Source of the DNA: Okamejei kenojei
Lineage: Eukaryota
DNA length: 64,000 bases
Direction: 5' to 3'
Assembly: GCA_035221665.1 (NCBI GenBank)
Contig: CM069166.1
Location: 9,486,001 to 9,550,000, forward strand
The position numbers were made by a program, and so were the translations under genes. Under the pieces are notes generated by a model. It had not been told where the DNA came from. It saw only the letters and a list, made by a program, of their open reading frames with translations, and searched no databases. Of this stretch, positions 62,811 to 64,000 are shown piece by piece. How positions within the stretch are numbered: position 1 is the stretch's first letter; each line of letters starts with the position of its first letter.

Positions 62811-63024
62811 CAACACCATGAGGCATCAAACATCAACTGCACGCCAGAAGTCAACCCTAAACCGCTGAATACTTTTACTAATGAACAAAAGAACAACTGT
62901 AATAAAAGAAAATCTGAAAATAAATAGTCTGTAGATGGGTTACAACCCCAACGTCACCCTTCTTTATTTTTCCAGAGATGATACCTGACCAACTGGACAG
63001 GTTGGGCTGTATGAGTATGATTTG

Positions 63025-63270
63025 GGTTAGTTTACAGAAACAGCATGAAAACGGCCTTCAGCCTACTGAGATCACATCGACCATAGATCACCTGGTTACA
63101 CTAGTTCTATTTTATCCCACTTGCTCATCCACTCTTACACACAAGGGGCAAATTACAGAGACCAATTAACCTGCAAACCCGCATGTCTTTGAGATGTGGG
63201 CGAAAATTGGAGTACCCATGGGAAACCCACATGGTCACAGGGAGAACAGGCAAACTCTACACAGAGAATA
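63025..63270 (-). mobile_element. HE1/V-SINE-like SINE fragment
   Basis: CCAATTAACCTGCAAACCCGCATGTCTTTG...GGTCACAGGGAGAAC. Confidence 0.7.
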
Positions 63271-63750
63271 CTTTTCACAAGGAGAACAAACTAAATCACT
63301 TTTCTTGCCATTTTACTGCTTTTCTCTTTGAAAAGTGGTTTTCCAGAATCATTGATTTTCCAATATTGGTACACGAAAACTTTGCTTTCAAATTAAAACA
63401 AACTTTGATGGTTGCTTATCTGTGGTAGCACTTTGATTTTAAAATTATTATTTGATGACCTGAACTGTCTATGCCAATGCAAAACATCCATGTATGGAAG
63501 CACGATAATATGGCTATTATACAATTTATAATACCTTTGTAGATTATTCTATCAGACATTTGGACCGGTATGTGGATAGGAAGGGTTTAGAGGGATATGG
63601 GTCAAAAGGAGGCAGGTGGGCTTAGAGTAGATAGGGCATCTTTATTGCATGGGTAATTTGGACCGAAGGGCCTGTTTCTGCGCTCTATGACTATCTATCA
63701 GGTCGCCCCATAAGTAATGTTCTTGATGCTGATTGAATTATGTCATTATT

Positions 63751-64000
63751 ACATAGAAAACATAGAAAATAGGTGCAGGAGGCCATTCGGCCCTTCGAGC
63801 CAGCACCGCCATTCATTGTGATCATGGCTAATCATCTCCAATCAATAATCCGTGCCTGCCTTCTCCCTATATCCATTGATTCCACTAGCCCCTAGAGCTC
63901 TATCTAACTCTCTCTTAAATCCATCCAGTGATTTGGCCTCTGTGGCAGGGAATTCCACAATTTCACAACTTTCTGGGTGAAAACGTTTTTCCTCACCTCA
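63751..64000 (-). mobile_element. CR1 3' end, continues beyond the window
   Basis: Reverse complement of the CR1 tail and ORF2 C-terminus. Confidence 0.8.

Overview
Vertebrate genomic DNA. The repeat landscape (HE1/V-SINE-like and Deu-type SINEs, CR1, Penelope) points to a cartilaginous fish, probably a skate or ray (inference). Two convergent protein-coding genes were reconstructed by hand from splice sites. The first is the last three coding exons of an AKAP8/AKAP8L-family gene (+; 315-4739). The second is a complete 10-exon WIZ reading frame (-; ATG 61312, stop 13910; 3351 nt, 1116 aa) starting in a CpG island, which includes a zinc-finger exon missed by the ORF track. Introns hold a 5'-truncated CR1, a decayed Penelope-like element (RT + GIY-YIG), a non-autonomous hAT element, many SINEs, and more than 15 short Penelope-terminal-repeat elements. 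These short elements are often palindromic, flanked by target-site duplications, and carry a minimal hammerhead-ribozyme core (CUGAAGA-A-stem II-GAAACGUC). They are the most notable system here, including one unmasked copy in sense orientation in the WIZ pre-mRNA. Also notable: NAGNAG acceptors that would toggle CtBP-type PxNL(T/I) motifs, and a candidate poison exon. Repeat boundaries are approximate and no database searches were run.
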